Source: the human T2T-CHM13v2.0 reference genome, Homo sapiens
Length of the DNA stretch: 64,000 nucleotides
Strand: one strand, 5' to 3'
NCBI RefSeq assembly: GCF_009914755.1
Contig: NC_060928.1
The notes beneath the pieces were generated by a model. The model saw nothing but the letters and a program-made list of their open reading frames with translations, was not told the DNA's origin and did no database searches. A program made the translations under genes and the position numbers. This document shows positions 46,637 to 63,016 of the stretch, in pieces. The first letter of the stretch is position 1, and each line of letters starts with the position of its first letter.

Positions 46637-49600
46637 ATGACAAATAACATGATGGATATCAAAGGTTTTAAAGAAACATTCTAAAATCCCTGCTGCTTCA
46701 TACTAGTGATCATTTAAGTGATCATCAACATAGCAATCGTCTAGATAAGTTCAGCAATATTGTTATAAAGAGTCAGCCAAGCAGCAGGGCATCACATAAG
46801 AGTCACATTCTTTTGAAGGAAAGGCAAGTGTTTTGATTTCTGGATCTCTTATTGGATTTACATTAAGGTCCTTGATTTTCCAATTTTCTATAACATGAAT
46901 TGTCTTGTCTGATCTGTGCTGACATCGTTTGCTCATTCCAAGGTTATACACCACTCGATTGTGTCGAATGAAGGTGGAATTGAAGTTGTATGCAGGAGAA
47001 AATCATTTACTAATGAACAAAGAAGTTGAAGAGGTTGTAAGAGAAAAAAATTTCCCATCAAAATCTTTACTTTGCCCTTTTACTTAAAGAGTTGGAGGAA
47101 ACAGTCATGTCCTGAGGGTTGTCCAATACCTGATGAAAGTAAAGAAGGTGAATATCAACATTATCCACTAAGGCCCCTGTGCATGTACTTAAAACGCTGT
47201 TGGTAGAATTTCTGAATATCTAAAATATTCCATTCAGCAATCACTATATGTGAAAAAAAGCAGTCATTGTATTTATGTTCAATATTCTGTGGCTTATTAA
47301 CTTGGCATCACTCATCTCTACCTTTCCCTCTGCCCAAACTTAGAATCCCAATGGAATAGGCACCTTCAGATTCTAACAATCAATAGCAGGTTTTAAATAT
47401 ACTATAGTAATAAACTTGGAAAGCACATCATCAGATTGGCTAATTCGGGGAGACTATTTTACTTGCAGATGAGCTAGATTCAATTTGTTACCTGCCAAGT
47501 GCAGCAGCTCAATACTGGGCTGGTTATTCAAGGATCAGGGGTAAAGTGGCGCTAAATGAGCCGAGCTGTCAACACATTCTCTCACTGCAACATCATCAGC
47601 CTTTCCTGGCTTGAACCCTCTTATCCCAAGTCCATACGCACATCGTTCTTCCATCTGCTAGCACGGCAGGTTGATGTTACAACAAACCAATTCCACCCCA
47701 TGTATTGATTTACACTCTGTTTCTCTAGATATCAATCTCAGTTAAATCTCTCCTTCTGCCTTTTTATCTTCAGTTTGGGCTTAGGTCCTTTTATTTGTTA
47801 TTTTTATGAAAAGAAAAATTTAAAGGAGCAGGAAGAGAAATCACTTGAAAATATGTGTTTGAATATGCAAAACACAGCTAGTTTTTAAGTGAACACATTT
47901 TTTAAGTTGACATAGCTAACAATAAAACGACTTACTTTTTATTCAATGCCTTCATGTAACTTTCCGTACATGGACGGAAGCTCTAAGTGGAGAATAGATT
48001 CCATGGTGGAGATTAAACCTGAGCTGACAAACTAGAACTACTGGAATCATTGGGTATGTCATTTTCCCCATGCACAATACTCTGCAACGATATAATAACA
48101 CAGGCACCCACTGACATGAGATTTCTGTAGCACCTGGACTCAAAGCTGTAAGACAGAGGTAGTAATGACAGTTCCATGATTATTCCCTTTCTGGTCAATT
48201 TCAATCAGTTCCTTAATGTGACTTTAATGATGTTTTTTAGTGTTCATTTATTTTTATTTTTTTAACATTATACCAATAGCAGTTCCCTTCAACCACTGTG
48301 ATTTTTTCATTAGGATGATTATAATGGAAGATGACTCTCAGCGGAAATGTATGAGACACTCTTGTTATCCATGCACCATTGTCACTATACACTAATTGCT
48401 CCAGTCTGTCATGTGAATGAGTATTTAAGGAGATTTGAATCCCTGAACCACCACATTCATTGTAATTCTGTATGCTAAAGATCCTTATGAAATTACAGTG
48501 ATAAAATTGGTAGCATTGCACACATGCCCAGATCTCCTAAATTTAAGCATAGTTAAAGCATTTGGATGCATTTTAATTTGTAAATAATTGCTTTTACAAT
48601 AACTTGATGTGTGCTAAGTTAGAGTTTGGAGTAAACTTTCCAGTTAAACTTTCATGAATACAGCTAAAGAGAGGACTGAATTCTTTGGTTGATTTCTGGC
48701 TCTCATTTGCAAACCATGCTTCAATTAAGCTCCTAGTATGGGTAGAGAGATATGAGTAATGTCCAGCTATCACAGTTCCCTGCTCCTATGAGAAAGATGT
48801 CAAATGCACCGAACCCATCAAGATAGAGATTTAGGTCATTAACTCAACCACAGATTGGAAAGCATTTCAAAAAGTGGGTCAGTTTGTCAAAGGTACAAAC
48901 ACGACATGACAGAGTCATTTCTAAAACTGAAGTGCACAATTACAAATCACATCAAAAGTAATCAATGCAGTTCATTATAAAATCTGCTGTTTAGGGCAAC
49001 TACGGCAAAGTTCAAAGGAAAAGGTATACTTGTCTCTATCTAGGGATGACTAAAAGGTTAGAATGATAAGATGACAACATTATCAAAGAGTTGTAAATAT
49101 ATGACATACTGTGTTGGCATTTTAAAAGTTTTTTTTTTTTTTTCAGCGCAGCACTTTCATCACCAAAGCAATGGATTTTAAAAAGACTGTATTAATTAGA
49201 TGCAAATGGCTGCAAGGGAAACAGAACCTTTTAGTTTTTGAGAACCAGAGTTTAAATCTGATATATTGTAGGGTATGATATGGAAACCATATTGTCAGTT
49301 GCAAGTAGTGAATTTGATGTACAATTTCTCAAAGAAAGGTCATTTGAGTCATCATGATTGCAATTGTTTTGAAGCAACTATGAAGCTGCTGGTGCTAAAT
49401 AGTTGAGATGATTGGACTTCAAGCATTGAAACATACAAATGCAATGAAGAATGAGTGCCAAAAGACAGAAAATATACAAATGGAAGCAGAGTGAAGTTCC
49501 AAATTCACCTTGAATGAATGACTGATTAATTGTGAAGACAATCAAATGAAATCATTCTATAACTATCTTAACCAAGAGTTTAAGCAAGGACGATTTTTAA

Positions 49601-49909
49601 CTTTTAGATCTACTTTAGATAAGTTGATAATTATTTGCATATGTTAAAGTCTATTGTTTTGGGAATAGCTTGAGTGGAAAGAACTCAAACTCACCTTGAG
49701 TTCTGTGGATAAATGAAGAGACACATCAGGATGAATTTGAAGTGTCATTTCTTCCACTTTTCAGCAGTTTATCAGAGACAGCAGGTCAGAGTTAGCTTAA
49801 GGAAGCAGAGTCAATTGCTAAACCCTGGTCTATGAATGCCTTACCAGCAAGGCCTAGCCTTCCAGAATACGAAAATTCTATGGCTGTATAGTTACATCAA
49901 AAATTTCTA

Positions 49910-53962
<4,053 letters not shown>

Positions 53963-54174
53963 ATACTTTTGTGCACTGCTCACTTCCACAAAGCAAACTT
54001 TGGAGTAGAACCTCTTTCTCCACTGGCCACTGACCACCTGATATGCAAGGTTTAGGCCCAGCCTAACACCTTTCTTCATTAAATAACATGGTCTCAAGGA
54101 AGTGTGTTTACTTCGCTACACCTCTGCTATTTCCCCAATACCTCTTATTTCACATATTTATCTTGTGTACAGTT

Positions 54175-54204
54175 TGTGTGTGTCTGTGTGTGTGTGTGTG
54201 TGTG
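54175..54204. repeat. (TG)n microsatellite
   Basis: tgtgtgtgtctgtgtgtgtgtgtgtgtgtg. Confidence 0.9.
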
Positions 54205-56444
54205 TATTCTCTCTGCAGGGCAAAATTTAACCATTTCTTCATCCTCTGACGCTAGGCTACTGACATATGAAAACATCAATACTTCAATGTAAGTGTAGAC
54301 ATGTTTAATCCAACTCTGCTTAATCGCTTATAGGCTCTTTTCCTCATTGCTTAAAAGTGGATCTAAAACGGCAAGCGTCATGAATTCTCAGAATGACACT
54401 ATAGCAATTTTTGTTTCTGACATTCTCTCTCCTCTAGAGTTCTTCAATAACCTGAGGGATGTTGATCGCAAGCTGTTGGAAGTGAAAAACCCATCTGTAA
54501 TGAGAGAGAATAAAGAGGAAGAAAAGAGAAAAGACTTTGATGATTCCTGGATTCAGTTTTCTCCAAAGTTCGTTTCTCTCCTGCACTTTCTGTTTGTTAT
54601 TTAAGCCAAAGAGGTGTGATGAAAATGGGGATATGCAAGAATGCTTGAGATGCGCCCTGCAAGAGGAGTAGATGTCCAAGTCTTTGTGCCACGTATGTGT
54701 AGGTTGGGAATGGCGAGGGCCAGAGGGGGAAACAGCAGTGGTCCTGGGATGGGAGAGAAATTTGGCACCAAAATGCGGGGAGGAACATGTGCAAAGGGAG
54801 CCACGGGGAAAGGCGCGCCGCATTCAAAGAACCACATATAATTCATTCAGTGGGACTTAGGCATTGGGAGGTGGGATCTACGGGGTAGGAAAAAATAATG
54901 GGTGGAAGATTGCTTACTATGCACCAACACTGCTCTTAGCATATACATATATTAGGTTCATTTTCTCTAATCATAGCAACACTATGAAACAGGCACTATT
55001 ATGGTCCCTCTGTTTGGGATATTCCGAGGGGTATGACTCAGTAACTGCATAAATAGAGTCAAGACAGAGGTGCATCTGCTTTTTAATAAGCTCCACTGTT
55101 GTGGGATTTAAATTAGACAGAAGTTTATGTAATTTCATTTTTAAAAGCACTATAGAAAGGGTGCATTTGTTTAAAAATAAATAACAGCAATTATGATGGG
55201 AAAGATGCTTACTCTTGTTTTTCTTCTCCATCCCTCTCTTCCACGCCCACTGCATGGGCACCCTGCATGAAAAAATCCTTCCACAGTTAGACAATGTATC
55301 CAGCTTTTCATCATGTTTAACTAATAATGAGATTATTCAAAATAAAAATTGCTTTTATAGAATTCTACATTAAATTTTTAAACATTTTACTCACTCAGGG
55401 GAATTATATAATGTCACATATCCGTACATTTCCTTATAATGATTAATAGTCTGGATACAAACTTAAAACTTAAAAATAAAAATATTAAAAGTTAAAATTA
55501 AATAATTGTTTAGTGGAAACAACTCATTTGATGAAAGATATTTCTTAAACCTCTGCAGCATGAACTGTCCTTTGGAGGATAAGTGAAGCTTCCTACTAAT
55601 GTTCATTCTATAGGTGTTTGTGAAACTTACCAAATATTCAAAGTGCAAACACACACATCTTTGCTCTATCAATATTTATAGCCTGAAAACACATTATTGT
55701 TGCAAATATGTCAAGACAATGAAAAATATCCATTTACAATGAGGATATATAACAAAGGGCAGTTGAGCAATATAATTTATTTCTATCATTTATTGAATGA
55801 CTGATAAGTAATAAGAAATGAAGCTACAAGTAAGTTATGAAGGTCATCTCCTCTCAAGTATGAAAATACGTAAATTGTTTATATCGTTATCTGCTGCAAA
55901 ACATTCTTTCCATTGAGGATTCTGAAAATTATAAGCCAGATGTCTGGACTCTATACTGTGAAAGTGCCCCAAATTGGCTTTCAATAGGACTTGGCCATGT
56001 GCAGATTCCTCTATGCTTCACAGAAAATACAGACATGGCTTGGCTAAATGTCTGTGCTTTTCTTAAAGTTATATTAATGTTATTTGACCCAGCTACAGAT
56101 GGAGTCAGTCTCTGATATAAAACAGGTCAGATCCCAGGAGCTATTATTATGATAGAGGATGCCATTTTGTTATTATCATTTTACATATACTTTAAGTATT
56201 TAAGAAATTTTAGGCATAATCTTAGGAATACTATATGTGTTCCTTTTAAAAAGATTCTCACAAAAGCATTAATGTTCCATTTTAACACTTGAAGAAAACA
56301 TAGGCTCAGAATGGGTTCTGCCATTCAACCTGCCAAAAGTCCCAGAGCTAGGACACAGTTTAAATTCCTGGATTTGTCTACATTCACCTGCATTATGGTT
56401 TCTCTAAAAAAGAAGTAATAATAAAAATCACTAACACCTTTGAA

Positions 56445-56640
56445 CATTATAAGCATTTTACATGAATTGTTACATTTAATCCTTTCAACTATCCATTTAA
56501 GTAGGTAATTAATAAGCATATTTTACATATGAGATGACTGAGGCTTGGGGAAGCTAAGAAATTCTTCATACGTGGCAAAGATGGACTTTGAAATTAGATA
56601 TCCTTTATTCTAGAGCCTGCAATTTTTAAACAATGCATTG
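56445..56640 (-). mobile_element. MIR SINE
   Basis: CATTTAATCCT...ATTTTACATATGAGATGACTGAGGCT...TTCTAGAGCC. Confidence 0.7.
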
Positions 56641-56667
56641 CAGAGAGAGCAACATTGTTATCCAGGC

Positions 56668-56805
56668 CAGGGTTTCTCAACTATTAATGGGCCACAGATC
56701 ACCTTGGTATATTATTAACATGCAGATTCTTGTCCCATAGGTTTGGGGTGGGTCCTGAGAATCTGCAGTTTCAACACACTCCCAAGTGATGCCAATGACC
56801 CAGGT
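56668..56805. mobile_element. MER5A-like hAT element abutting or interrupted by LTR5
   Basis: CAGGGTTTCTCAAC...ATGCAGATTC...GGGGTGGGTCCTGAGAATCTGCAGTTTCAACACACTCCCAAGTGATGC. Confidence 0.72.
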
Positions 56806-57771
56806 TGAAGGGGTGGCCTGCCCCTCCACACCTGTGGGTGTTTCTCGTCGGGTGGGACAAGAGACTGACATAAGAAAGAGACACAGAGAAAAAGTATAGA
56901 GAAAGAAAAATGAGCCCAGGGGACAGGCGCTCAGCATACAGAGGACCTGCGCCAGCACCAGTCTCTGAGTTCCCTCAGTATTTATTGATCATTATCTCTA
57001 CCATCTCAGAGAAGTGGATGTGGCAGGACAATAGGGTAGTAGTGGGGAGAGGGTCAGCAGCTAAAACATGTGAACAAATGTCTCTGCGTCATAAACAAGG
57101 TTAAGAAAAAGGTGTTGTGCTTTGATGTGCACATATATAAACATCTCAGTGCATTAAAGAGCAGTATTGCTGCCAGCATGTCTCACCTCCAGCCCTAAGG
57201 CGGTTTTCTCCTATCTCAGTAGATGGAATATACAATCCGGTTTTACACTGAGACATTCCCTTGCCCAGGGACGAGCAGGAGACAGATGCCTTCCTCTTAT
57301 CTCAACTGCAAAGAGGACTTCCTCTTTTACTAATCCTCCTCAGCACAGACCCTTTAGGGGTGTCGGGCTGGGGGATGGTCAGGTCTTTCCCTTCCCACGA
57401 GGCCATATTTCAGACTATCACATGGGGAGAAACCTTGGACAATACCTGGCTTTCCTAGGCAGAGGTCCCTGCAGCCTTCCACAGTGTTTTGTGTCCCTGG
57501 GTACTTGAGATTAGGGAGTGGTTGTGACTTTTAACAAGCATGCTGACTCCAAGCATTTGTTTAGCAAAGCGCATCCTGCATAACCTTAAATCCATTAAAC
57601 CTTGAGTCCACACAGCACATGTTTCTGCACAGGGTTGGGGGTAGGGTTACAGATTAACAGCATCTCAAGGCAGAAGAATTTTTCTTAGTACAGAACAAAA
57701 TGGAGTCTCTTATGTCTACTTCTTTCTGCATAGACACAGTAACAGTCTGATCTCTCTTGCTTTTCCCCACA
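56806..57771 (-). mobile_element. HERV-K (HML-2) solo LTR, LTR5A/LTR5B type
   Basis: Minus strand starts TGTGGGGAAAAGCAAGAGAGATCAG and ends GGAGGGGCAGGCCACCCCTTCA (non-Hs end); 966 bp; perfect 6-bp TSD CCAGGT. Confidence 0.96.
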
Positions 57772-57864
57772 CCAGGTTACCTACTATTTATCACCGGATG
57801 GTTTTTAATACCTATCAATGACTTAGAGATGTTTTTCCCTCTAATTTCATTTTCAAGTAAGCTT

Positions 57865-57932
57865 TTACTTTCCTTTCTCTCTCTCACTCTCTTTCTCCTC
57901 TCTCTCTCTCAATCTCTCTCTGTCTCTCTCTC
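57865..57932. repeat. CT-rich simple repeat
   Basis: ctttctctctctcactctctttctcctctctctctctcaatctctctc. Confidence 0.8.
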
Positions 57933-58070
57933 ATTTACCAGTTTATGCCTTTTCTTCTCCTACACTAACACCTAAATCATTTGAGTGAAAATTTTTCACT
58001 TGAACAAATGATATTGAGGAATAAGTGAGTACTTCCATATTTGATTGTATGTAATTGTGATTGTTCACTA

Positions 58071-58582
58071 ATGCAGTCTGAGTGGAGAAGGCCCCGGAAG
58101 AGGCCCACACACTAATCTCTGCAACCTGTAAATATGTCCAGTTCCATGGCAAAGGAGAATTAAGTTTGCAGATAAAGTTAAGAATAATTATCGGCTGACT
58201 TTGAGATGGGGAGAAGATCCTGGATTATCCAGGTGGGTATAATATATTCAGGAGGGTCCTTATTAGGGAAAGAGGGAGGAAGAGAGAGAGAGAACAAGAG
58301 GGAGGCAGGGTGGAAAGATCACAGCCTCCTCTTGCTGGCTTTGAAGATGGTGGGAGAGAAATGCAAGCATGAAATGCAGGTGGCTTCGAGAAGCTAGAAA
58401 AGCAAGGTTGTGATTCTTCCCAAGAGCCACCCCAGGGAATGTAGCCCTGCTGACATATTGATTTTAGCTAAATGTATCCATTTCAGACTTCTGAGATCCC
58501 TCCAAAATAATAAGATAATAAATTCTTCTTGTTAAATGTACTAACTTGTGATAATTTTTATAGCATTAATAGAAAACAAAAC
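58071..58582 (+). mobile_element. MaLR LTR MLT1D
   Basis: CATGGCAAAGGAGAATTAAG...CCTGGATTATCCAGGTGGG...TTGCTGGCTTTGAAGATGG...ATAGAAAAC. Confidence 0.85.
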
Positions 58583-58911
58583 TCTAAGGTATTACACAGT
58601 CTAGAATTGACCTTAGTGAAAGCTGTACGATTCAAGTGACTCAGGTCTCTCTACAAGGCATGCATATCATTTGTATGCAGGAAAAAAAAATGCATTCACA
58701 AAGATTCCTATCTGATCATAAATAATAATCTTTTTTTAAAATGAGAATTACCACTGTCAGCTAGATGACACACTTTTAACTTTCTCCATCATGTCAACAA
58801 AACACAAAATAAAATATATTTAAAGTAGAGTAATATTAAAATATATATATTTAAAATAGAATATATATACTCTGTGTTCTATTTATATATTGCCTATATA
58901 GATATATATTT

Positions 58912-59255
58912 AATGGATATCACTGGGTTAAAATCAATATGTCAGCATAACTGCATTCCTTAGGGTGGCTCTTGAGAAGAATCACAACCTTAACTTTTCT
59001 AGCTTCTAGAAGCCACCTGCATTTCATGCTTGCATCTCTCTCCTAACATCTTCAAAGCCAGCAAGAGGAGGTTGTGATCTTTCCACCCTGCCTCCCTCTT
59101 GTTCTCTCTCTCTCTTCCTCCCTCTTTCCCCAATAAGGACTCTCCTGAATACATTAGACCCACTTGGATAATCTAGGTTCTTCTCTCAATCTCAAAGTCA
59201 GCTGATTATTATCCTTAACTTTATCTGCAAACTTAATCTTCCTTTGCCAGGTAAC
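58912..59255 (-). repeat. Inverted copy of the internal part of the adjacent MLT1D (58141-58482)
   Basis: Reverse complement aligns at ~90% identity, including a 58-nt perfect block. Confidence 0.93.
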
Positions 59256-59679
59256 CTATATTTATATATAAGGGCAACAGTAAAGGGAAAGAAACAAAGA
59301 GTGTATTGTAAGCATAAAATCAGATTGAGAGTCAATTGACTCTCAGGAGAGATATGGCTAACACTAAGCTTTGTTGTCTTCGCCACTGAATTGCACATAT
59401 AACGCTTGGAAAATTACTGTGTTTTTCTGCCTCATGTACTCCCTTTCCTGGAACCCAGGAGGAATCAATCCATCCTTACCCCATATGAGGAATTGGAACA
59501 AGGTGAAATGGATATAATAAGGCTTGTACTTACTAAATTTTGTACAGAATGTTCCTGCTCAATGGAGTCAGGTATTTACAATCTCTTGTCACCCTAAATT
59601 AACAAAACGCTATCTTTACATTTCAACTTTGCCATTTTAAATTTTAAAGGGCAAATTGTGTTTCCCTTGTGACCTAATC

Positions 59680-59811
59680 ATTTTATATTTTTGTAGAGAC
59701 GAGATCTGGCTATGTTGCGCAGGCTGGTCTCTAACTTCAGGCGTCAAGCAATCCTCCCACCTCACCCTCCCAAAATGCTGGAATTAAAGGTGTGAGCCAC
59801 CACAGGTGACC
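59680..59811 (-). mobile_element. FLAM-like free left Alu monomer
   Basis: TTTTTGTAGAGACGAGATC...GGCGTCAAGCAATCCTCCCACC...GTGAGCCACC, single monomer, CCTAAT flanks. Confidence 0.8.
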
Positions 59812-61529
59812 CTAATACTTAGATATAAGTTCAGGAGAAGCCTGACTCTCCTCACTTATCTAATGGGTCTGAGTTCAGGACACCATTTAATGTAACACAT
59901 GGACACAGTGAATAACCTCACTCTTTGTTGTCTTGATTGAGACCTAGGGTCTCTTAATGCAACACTGGTATTTTTTCTCTTTTTAAAATTCCATGCAGAT
60001 GAGTAGATGAGAGGATTCTCACCCTGCCCCCCCACCTCTCTTTCCCTTCTTCCTTTCTTCTCACGCAGATATATTTTACTAGGCAAAGCATTCCATGACA
60101 TTTTATTAATTATAACAAACAGCTTTTTTATATCTAATTTTTATTGTCATACTTACATTTATCTATCAAATGTTGGAATACTATAGAAAGAGGTTACAAT
60201 ACAGAATTTTGACATTACTAGTTACTTAGCCCCAATAGCATCATAATAATACAAAAACTCAATTTAAATCATAATATTATGGAGCATTTTACAGCCGTTA
60301 ACACTTAAAATATTTTTAATGTGTGTGTTATCATAATGGATATCATGCCACCAGATAACTTAACCATTATTTAGTGGTGAACGGAATCACATACATGTCA
60401 AACAACAATAAAAATTGACAGTAGTATGAACGATTATCTTCTCTAAGTTATTTTGAAGTATATACATGCTCTATTCTGTCAGTAACTTCTCTGAACATTT
60501 CCCAGCCTTAAGATTTTCTTGACTGATCCCTTACCCTCAATTCAATATCTGTGATTAAATTGACCCTTTTGATCAGTTTCAGGCTTGTGTTCAAGCTAAC
60601 AACTGTGTGTGTCAGTCGCCAGGTTTCCAAGTTCAAAGTCATTCTCCCAACTCAGCTCACAATCATGTCCTGCTTTGTTTTAAACTTGCACTAGACTTAA
60701 TGCCATTTGATATTAGGTTAAGTGTGTGAAGACTGAATAAAGGCTAGTAAAATTGAGTTTTTTGATGCTATTGTAGGATGAAATATTCCAGGTAGTATGG
60801 AAGGACAGAAATACACAGCGTCACCTATGGATATAGCAACAAAATTTGGCTTGCAGCTTCCAAGAGAGTTAATGGAAGAGAAATAATAGAAAAGCCAGTA
60901 GACAAGAACAGAACTTAATTTTCCTGTGCAGGTAAGTAGTTATAATGTATATGTGTGTACTACTTACATGCCCCCTTGTAGATTGGCAAATAGACTAAAA
61001 ACCAAAAATCCATCTTATTGCATTGATAATATATACTATACAGCTTTTACACTATTTTGCTGAGTCTAAACTTAGGTAAGAAAATGTTACCTTGGGGAAA
61101 GTAGCTAGATATATATATATATAAGTAGCGGTACTGATGTCATCTATATCAGGGAAGACAGGGTAGCTGCATGTGGGAAAGTAGACAAGCTCCTAGCTCA
61201 ACTTTCCTTGGAGTCTTGTAACATTTGCAAAAATTTCTCCCTGGAAAAATTGACTACTGATACATACATTTCCACCATTCCTTTTATAAAGAAAACACAC
61301 GTTACTTGACAATTATAAAATTAACTAGAATTATAGAAATTTATTTCATTATATAGTCAGACCATCTAAGGCAATTTTGATAATTTGTTTACACTAACTT
61401 CATATATTTTGAAAAATGGTGTAGAACTATATCTGAAGATAAAACATTTTTCTCTTCCACATCTCTACATCTGCCTATAATTTTATATCAGTTAGCAAAT
61501 TCAGATCTCAAAATTAAGGTGTGAGAATC

Positions 61530-61946
61530 AAGTTAACCCTTAAACCACACAGGGGTTAGGGACACCAACCCCTGCACAGTCAACAATCCACATGTAACTT
61601 TTGACTTCCCCAAAACCTTACAAATGGCCTACTCTTGACCAGAAGCCTTACTAATAACATAGGCAGTGGATTAGCATGTATTTTGTATGTTATATGTATT
61701 ATATACTGTATCCCTGCAGCAAAGTAAGCTTGGGAAAAGAAAATGTTATTAAGTAAATCATAAGGAAGAGAAAATATATTTACTATTTATTAAGTGGAAG
61801 TGAATCATCACAAAGATCTACATCCTTGTCATCTTCATGTTGAGTAGGCTGAGGAAGAAGAGAAGGAGTTGATCTTGCTGTCTCAGGAGTGCAGAGGCAG
61901 AAGTGAACCTGAGAATTTCAAACCCATGTTGTTCAAGGGTCAGCTA
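61530..61946 (-). mobile_element. Tigger2a (MER28) internal-deletion derivative
   Basis: Collinear with 10166-10540 of the long Tigger2, then jumps to the right TIR AAACCCATGTTGTTCAAGGGTCAGCT; strand given relative to the transposase. Confidence 0.88.
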
Positions 61947-62658
61947 AATTGCATTTCTTTAGGTTTAAAAAATACACATTATCGATAATCAAAGCCACTG
62001 TCTGCCTTCTACACCCCACCGGGATTGTAAAATGGCCATATGGAGTTACGTTTCATTGGTTGGGGGTGAGGGGCTTTGTTCTTTGGTTGTTAGTGTGGCC
62101 CTTAAAGTCTTCTTCCATGACACCTCGGGATCCAGGGCTCTTGGATGAGGCTGGATATTCCTTTTTCTAATTGGATCTGAGTGTCTGTCCCTCCATTTCT
62201 ATCTAAAGTCTTGTCTTATTTTCTCCTACCTCTATGAGGAAGCAGAGACAGATCCTGGAAGACATTCCTCTGTCTTGTCTCTTGAAATACAATAGCTGTC
62301 TTTCCATTTCATTGACCTCAAATATTTTCTTCTGCACTTCTCTTTAGACCCATTTAGCTTCATTGTCTCTTTGGGATTTGGCTTTTACAAAATAGTGGTG
62401 TCTTAATGAGTTTGGGCTGCTGTAACAGAATACCACAGCCTGGATGGATTAACCAGCAAAGATTTATTTCTCACAGTCAGGAGGCTGAAGGTCTGAGATC
62501 AGGATGCCAGCATGGTGGGGTTCCTGATGAAGGCCCTCTTCCTGGTGATGTCCTCACATGACTTTCCTTGGTATATGGATGCAGAGGAAAAGACAGATCC
62601 CTTGACTCCTCTTTTTTAAAAAAATTCATTTTTTAATGGAGGTAAAATATATATTTAC

Positions 62659-62946
62659 GGCCAGGTACGGTGGCTCATGCTTGTAATCCCAGCACTTTAG
62701 GAGTCTGAGGCAAATAGATCACCCGAGGTTAGGAGTTCGAGACCAGCCTGGCCAACATGGCGAAACCCCATCTCTACTAAAAATACAAAATTAGCTGGGT
62801 GTGGTGGTGTGCACCTGTGATCCCAACTACTCAGGAAGCTGAGGCAGGAGAATCACTTGAACCTGGGAAGCAGAGGTTGCAGTGAGCCGAGATTGTGCCA
62901 CTGCACTTCAACCCGGGTGACAGAGAGAGACTCCGTCACAAAAAAG

Positions 62947-62960
<14 letters not shown>
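62659..62960 (+). mobile_element. Alu (AluSx-like)
   Basis: GGCCAGGTACGGTGGCTCATGC...GACTCCGTCAC plus poly-A tail. Confidence 0.95.

Positions 62961-63010
<50 letters not shown>
62961..63010. repeat. Perfect (AT)25 microsatellite
   Basis: 50 nt of uninterrupted AT directly after the Alu poly-A. Confidence 0.95.

Positions 63011-63016
<6 letters not shown>

Noticed and set aside
54434-54860. Cluster of overlapping ORFs up to 129 aa
   Set aside because: Explained by locally higher GC; no recognisable domain or splice structure
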